Of a stretch of 54,136 bases of DNA, positions 47,220-54,136 are shown piece by piece. The first letter of the stretch is position 1, and each line of letters starts with the position of its first letter. The stretch is taken from sequence record SRR22947727_2835. One strand, given 5' to 3'. The notes under the pieces were generated by a model. That model searched no databases and had not been told where the DNA came from. It saw only the letters and a program-made list of their open reading frames with translations. Made by a program: the position numbers and the translations under genes.

Positions 47220-48428
47220 TCAATTTAAATCAGAAGCTCTCAACTGTTCAATTTCTTCACGCCTTTTTTTAAATTTATACATTTCTTCTTTGCCCAAAGG
47301 CTTTCCTGATAGTTGGGATAGTCTTTTTGGGTTTATTTTTTTTCCATTTAAAATCACCTCATAATGCAAATGTGGCCCTGTAGACCTTCCTGTGCTACCA
47401 ACTTTTCCTATTACCTGATCTTGCTTAACATATTTGCCGACAGAAACATTAATCTTACTCAAGTGGAAGTATGCTGTTTTGTAGCCATCTGTATGGCGAA
47501 TACGTATATATTTTCCAGCTGCGCCATTTCTTGCAGCATATTCTATTATTCCAGATCCAGCAGCAAGAACGGGTGTACCCGTTGGTGCTGCGAAGTCTAC
47601 ACCAAGATGCATTTTTCTATAACCTAAAATAGGATGTTTTCTTGCGCCGAATGAGGATGATATACGTGCTCCATCTATTGGCGTAGCTCTTAGTCTTCTC
47701 TTGGCTGTCTTGCCTTTTTCATCATAGAAATTTTCAATCCCTTTTCCGTTTGAGAACAGCCAAAATTCAGATTGTTTATTTCTAGGGCTAAATGATGTAT
47801 ATAAAAGGTCTCCTGTTTTTACTATCTCCCCCTTACGATTTTTGTATGAATTAAAATACATTGTAAACTTATCGCCAGGCTGTATATCTCTTTGAAAGTC
47901 TACAGAATATTCATAGATTTTTGTAAACTGGTCTACGATACGGTCAGGTATACCTGATTTTATTGCATCTACATAAAGCGAAGTCGAAATTTCACCAGAT
48001 ATATTTACTCTTTGTGATTTGTATTCTGATATTACTTCCCGTGCTTTATAATTACCATTAATCACCTCTATAAATATAGTCTTTTCAAAGTTTGGTCTGA
48101 AAACAAAATGTTTTAGTTTGCTATTTTGTAGATATAAAAAGAATTTATCTCCTGGCCTTAATAAGGTAACTGGATACACCTTATCAATCGCTTTTGAAAC
48201 GCCATATACCTCATTAGATGTTAGGCCTTTTTTCTCAAGAAGGCTCACTAAAAAGTCATCTTGTTTGAGCTCAGCTACTATTAGCTTTGTTTGGTTGCTT
48301 TGCAGAACATAAGGGTAAGGGTCTATTTCAGATTTGAAAACACTATCTGGGCTAAATAATAATTTTGTACCTATAGCAAGTAATAAAATTAATACACAGG
48401 CAAAGGATATGGTTTTAACCTTCTTCAT
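47220..48428 (-). CDS. M23/LytM family metallopeptidase
   Basis: VDFQRD, RISSSFG, HLGVDFAA (HxxxD), GRSTGPHLHYE (HxH). Confidence 0.93.
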   Translation of the reverse strand: MKKVKTISFACVLILLLAIGTKLLFSPDSVFKSEIDPYPYVLQSNQTKLIVAELKQDDFLVSLLEKKGLTSNEVYGVSKAIDKVYPVTLLRPGDKFFLYLQNSKLKHFVFRPNFEKTIFIEVINGNYKAREVISEYKSQRVNISGEISTSLYVDAIKSGIPDRIVDQFTKIYEYSVDFQRDIQPGDKFTMYFNSYKNRKGEIVKTGDLLYTSFSPRNKQSEFWLFSNGKGIENFYDEKGKTAKRRLRATPIDGARISSSFGARKHPILGYRKMHLGVDFAAPTGTPVLAAGSGIIEYAARNGAAGKYIRIRHTDGYKTAYFHLSKINVSVGKYVKQDQVIGKVGSTGRSTGPHLHYEVILNGKKINPKRLSQLSGKPLGKEEMYKFKKRREEIEQLRASDLN

Positions 48429-48622
48429 TTTCCTGTAATTACTAAAAGAAAGATAAGTCCATTAATCACAGTCACCTCATTTAAACCACTAAAGCATGAG
48501 GTATAGGGCATTTTTTACTAAGAAGTCGTTAACACTGTATGATATTTTAGGGTAATGAAATTTTATTTGAGCGTGCATTTCTTTTACTCTTCTATTATAT
48601 TTTTATACTGTAAACGGAGTGA

Positions 48623-51073
<2,451 letters not shown>

Positions 51074-51115
51074 AGCTACTTTTCCTCTAATATTAAGTTG
51101 TAGCAAATTAAGACC

Positions 51116-52249
51116 TTATAATTGGGGACAAATTAGAAACTTTTCACCGGTCGTTTTTGCAAAATAGTTTGTGACGTTATTAATCTCTAAGGCATCTGCA
51201 AGGGAAATTTCATTTGTATAATTACTCTTGAAGGTTGTTTTTAGTTCTGCCGCAACCCTCATGCGTAATTTATTGCCAGCCTCCATACCTATTCTTGCTA
51301 AAAAGTTTGGAAGCAACCATCCACCTACGCCCCATGCCATTCCATAACCGCGTGATAACACAGAAGGTGAAATATCTAGGCCCCCATAAAGATAGACCTG
51401 TTTGTGCTTAATTGAACCATAGATACTATATGCTCCAGGAGTACGGGCAGCAGCACTTTCCATTGCTGTTAGTATTTGGCTTGCTAAGCCTCCACCCCCT
51501 GTAGCATCAAAGGCCAATGTTGCCCCTGTTTCGTGGATTGCATTTATTAAATCAGGCATAAAGGCTTCACTACTGCTATTACATATATATTTTGCTCCCA
51601 GGTTTCGTAAAATATCTGCTTGTTCCTCTCTGCGGACAATATTTACAAGTTCCACCCCATCAGCAATACAAACTTTATTAAGCATTTGACCTAAATTGGA
51701 AGCAGCCGCAGTGTGAACTAATGACTTATGACCTTCAAGCTTCATGGTTTCTACCATGGATAAGGCTGTTAAGGGGTTTACAAAAGAAGATGCACCGTCT
51801 TTGCAACTATTTTCATCAAAGAGCGGTAAACATGTCATAGCAGGAACGCAGCAATATTCAGCATACATACTTCCGCTTAAGGCTGCTACTTTTTTGCCCA
51901 TCAGAGCTTTTGCTTCTTCGCTATCCCCAGTTAAGACAACAGTTCCAGCGCCTTCGTTGCCGACTGGTAAATTCTGACCAATTCTTGCTTTCATAATTCC
52001 CATGCCTTGATCTGAAATAGGCGCGATTAAAACCCGTTCTAGGCCCTCACCTTTGTGATATGCATTTGCCATATTTGACCATCCAAACATCACCCCTTGA
52101 TCAGAGGGGTTTATAGGGCTTGCTTCAACACGAATAACTACTTCGTGTGGTTTTGGTTTCGGGAAGTCTTTTTGTACCAACTCCATCCTCAATTGAGCAT
52201 CTTTGGTTACAGTTGATGTCATTTGATAATATTTAGTTGGTAAAGTCAT
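51116..52249 (-). CDS. Medium-chain dehydrogenase/reductase (quinone oxidoreductase-like)
   Basis: ASPINPSD, GNEGAGTV, FVNPLTAL, HTAAASNLG, FDATGGG. Confidence 0.85.
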   Translation of the reverse strand: MTLPTKYYQMTSTVTKDAQLRMELVQKDFPKPKPHEVVIRVEASPINPSDQGVMFGWSNMANAYHKGEGLERVLIAPISDQGMGIMKARIGQNLPVGNEGAGTVVLTGDSEEAKALMGKKVAALSGSMYAEYCCVPAMTCLPLFDENSCKDGASSFVNPLTALSMVETMKLEGHKSLVHTAAASNLGQMLNKVCIADGVELVNIVRREEQADILRNLGAKYICNSSSEAFMPDLINAIHETGATLAFDATGGGGLASQILTAMESAAARTPGAYSIYGSIKHKQVYLYGGLDISPSVLSRGYGMAWGVGGWLLPNFLARIGMEAGNKLRMRVAAELKTTFKSNYTNEISLADALEINNVTNYFAKTTGEKFLICPQL

Positions 52250-52303
52250 AATTTCCTCCTGAGTTAAAGCGTTAGTAGAGGAGACTTAGAATAGAGTAAA
52301 TAG

Positions 52304-53731
52304 CTACAGACCAATTGACTTATAATGTAAAGCTATGTTGTTAATAACACTGTAAAACGCTGACGTTCTGAGGTCTTCTAATTCAGGTTTTTCATTTAGT
52401 ATGGTCTTCATGTTTATATAGGCCGTGCGCATAGTATCGTCCAGTCCAGCTCTTACTAAATCAATTTCATTCGCTCCTTCAATATATTCAGATTTGAATC
52501 GTTTATTAAATTTAAGGCCGTTTTGGTTTGATAAAGCATCAATAAGAGAGCGATTCTTACGTTCTTCGTTTCTTCGTTGTAGTCTACCAAACCGGATATG
52601 CCCAATATTTTTTACCCATTCAAAATATGAAACTGTTACACCTCCTGCATTGGCGTAGAGATCTGGTATAATAAAGACACCATTATTCCTCAGAATGCCA
52701 TCGGCTATTGCTGTTACTGGCCCATTTGCTGCTTCTATAATTAATTTTGCTTTAATTCTATGTGCATTTTTTATGTTAATTACGCCTTCGGTGGCGGCAG
52801 GTATAAGGATATCACAATAGCTTTCAATATCTTCTATGTTAGGTTTTTTATAAGTTCCTTCTTTGTATTCTTTTAATGGCAGGCCGTTCGATAGGTGCTG
52901 TTTTAATTCTTCGATATTTATTCCGCTTCTATTGCTAATTGACCCCTCCCGCTCGATTACTTTTATAATTTTTGAACCATCTTCTTCACTCAAAAATTTA
53001 GCTACGTGATAACCAACATTACCAAGGCCTTGGACGATAATTTTTTTACCATCTAATGAGCCGCGCATTTTTGCTTTTTTAATGTCATCTGGATGCCGAA
53101 AAAATTCTCTTAGAGCGTATTGTACGCCGCGACCTGTTGCTTCAACTCGCCCTTCTATGCCCCCGAGATGAACAGGTTTTCCTGTCACGCATGCAATGTT
53201 ATCAATATTAGTATTATTTAAGCGCCGGAACTCGTCCATCATCCATGCCATTTCCCGTTCGCCAGTTCCCATATCAGGAGCTGGAACATTTAACGAAGGA
53301 TGAATAAGGTCTCTTTTTGCTAGCTCATAAGTGAACCTGCGTGTTATTCGTTCTAATTCTTCTTCATCCCAGTCTTTTGGCCGTATGCAAAGCCCCCCTT
53401 TTGAACCACCAAAAGGCACCTCTACTAACGCAGTTTTAAATGTCATCAAAGCTGCCAATGCCTCTACTTCATCTTGGTTTACATCTAAGGAATAGCGGAT
53501 ACCGCCTTTGACTGGTTCAATATGTTCGGAATGTACGGCTCGATATCCAGTAAATGTATGAACCTCACCTCTCAGCTTTACGCCAAAGCGAACAGTATAG
53601 GTGGCGTTGCAAACCTTTATTTTTTCAATCAATTTTGGTGATATATCTGTAAAACTTGCTGCACGACCATACATCAAATCAACACTTTGACGAAAATTCC
53701 AGTCCTTATTTAATGTTATTCCCATTTTCAC
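52304..53731 (-). CDS. gdhA: Glutamate dehydrogenase (ELFV family)
   Basis: KGGIRY, PFGGSKGG, VPAPDMGT, VTGKP, QGLGNVG, EAANGP, NAGGVTVSYFEW. Confidence 0.93.
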   Translation of the reverse strand: MKMGITLNKDWNFRQSVDLMYGRAASFTDISPKLIEKIKVCNATYTVRFGVKLRGEVHTFTGYRAVHSEHIEPVKGGIRYSLDVNQDEVEALAALMTFKTALVEVPFGGSKGGLCIRPKDWDEEELERITRRFTYELAKRDLIHPSLNVPAPDMGTGEREMAWMMDEFRRLNNTNIDNIACVTGKPVHLGGIEGRVEATGRGVQYALREFFRHPDDIKKAKMRGSLDGKKIIVQGLGNVGYHVAKFLSEEDGSKIIKVIEREGSISNRSGINIEELKQHLSNGLPLKEYKEGTYKKPNIEDIESYCDILIPAATEGVINIKNAHRIKAKLIIEAANGPVTAIADGILRNNGVFIIPDLYANAGGVTVSYFEWVKNIGHIRFGRLQRRNEERKNRSLIDALSNQNGLKFNKRFKSEYIEGANEIDLVRAGLDDTMRTAYINMKTILNEKPELEDLRTSAFYSVINNIALHYKSIGL

Positions 53732-53843
53732 CTCACTGATTAAATCATGAGTTAGTTAGCTCAGTCTTAAGATTAAAGTAGGCAAGGCCCTAGAAAAAAA
53801 ATTGCGTATTTTTGTATATTAGAGAATTTTATTTTTAATTTAC

Positions 53844-54136
53844 TTATCTATTCTTTCCCGCTTTTTTATCTCTGTCTTTAAGCAGCCTTAAACGTAATGC
53901 ATTAATTTTTATGAATCCACCAGCATCTGCTTGATTGTATACCTCATCTTCCTCAAAAGTTACATGTTCTTTTGAATATAATGAATAAGGCGAGCTACGT
54001 CCAACGATTGTAGCATTTCCCTTATATAATTTGAGGCGTACGGTTCCAGTTACCATTTCTTGAGATTTATCAATTGCTGCTTGAAGCATTTCACGTTCGG
54101 GAGAAAACCAATAGCCATTATAGATTAATTCTGCAT
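53844..54136 (-). CDS. argG: Argininosuccinate synthase (C-terminal part; 5' end outside the window)
   Basis: [18 protein letters not shown]...[12 protein letters not shown]...SLY...[17 protein letters not shown]. Confidence 0.95.
   Translation of the reverse strand, partial: AELIYNGYWFSPEREMLQAAIDKSQEMVTGTVRLKLYKGNATIVGRSSPYSLYSKEHVTFEEDEVYNQADAGGFIKINALRLRLLKDRDKKAGKNR

Overview
AT-rich, tightly packed alphaproteobacterial chromosome segment. A Caulobacter-like lineage is inferred from the hemE-linked origin with CtrA-type sites; the exact taxon cannot be fixed from the sequence alone. The window spans the probable replication origin (17363-17768, DnaA boxes and tandem CtrA sites), two parS sites and the usual origin-proximal housekeeping genes: parAB, rsmG, mnmG/E, dnaQ, coaE, aroE, maf, PDRP kinase, hemE/J, rho, secB, tim44-like, mltA, smr, hslU/V, holA, lptE, leuS, yggS, xth, lolA, nth, dapB, infC, prmC, gyrB, gdh and argG. 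The left end holds a Pho-box-preceded phosphate uptake locus (OprO/P porin, pstS, pstC) divergent from an AqpS-like MIP channel, a lone GH10 lipoprotein and tRNA-Gly(GCC). I saw no CRISPR array, rRNA, transposase, integrase or phage gene, and no clearly novel multi-gene system. The best leads are a split hslVU with matched promoters and probable nested inversions around oriC, a gloA gene interrupted by one in-frame TAG, several genes with non-canonical or out-of-frame starts (including ATC-initiated infC), a glutamate dehydrogenase with an antenna-like segment, a hairpin embedded in pstC and a structured leader before a DUF4167-like gene. Product calls come from motif recognition, not database searches.
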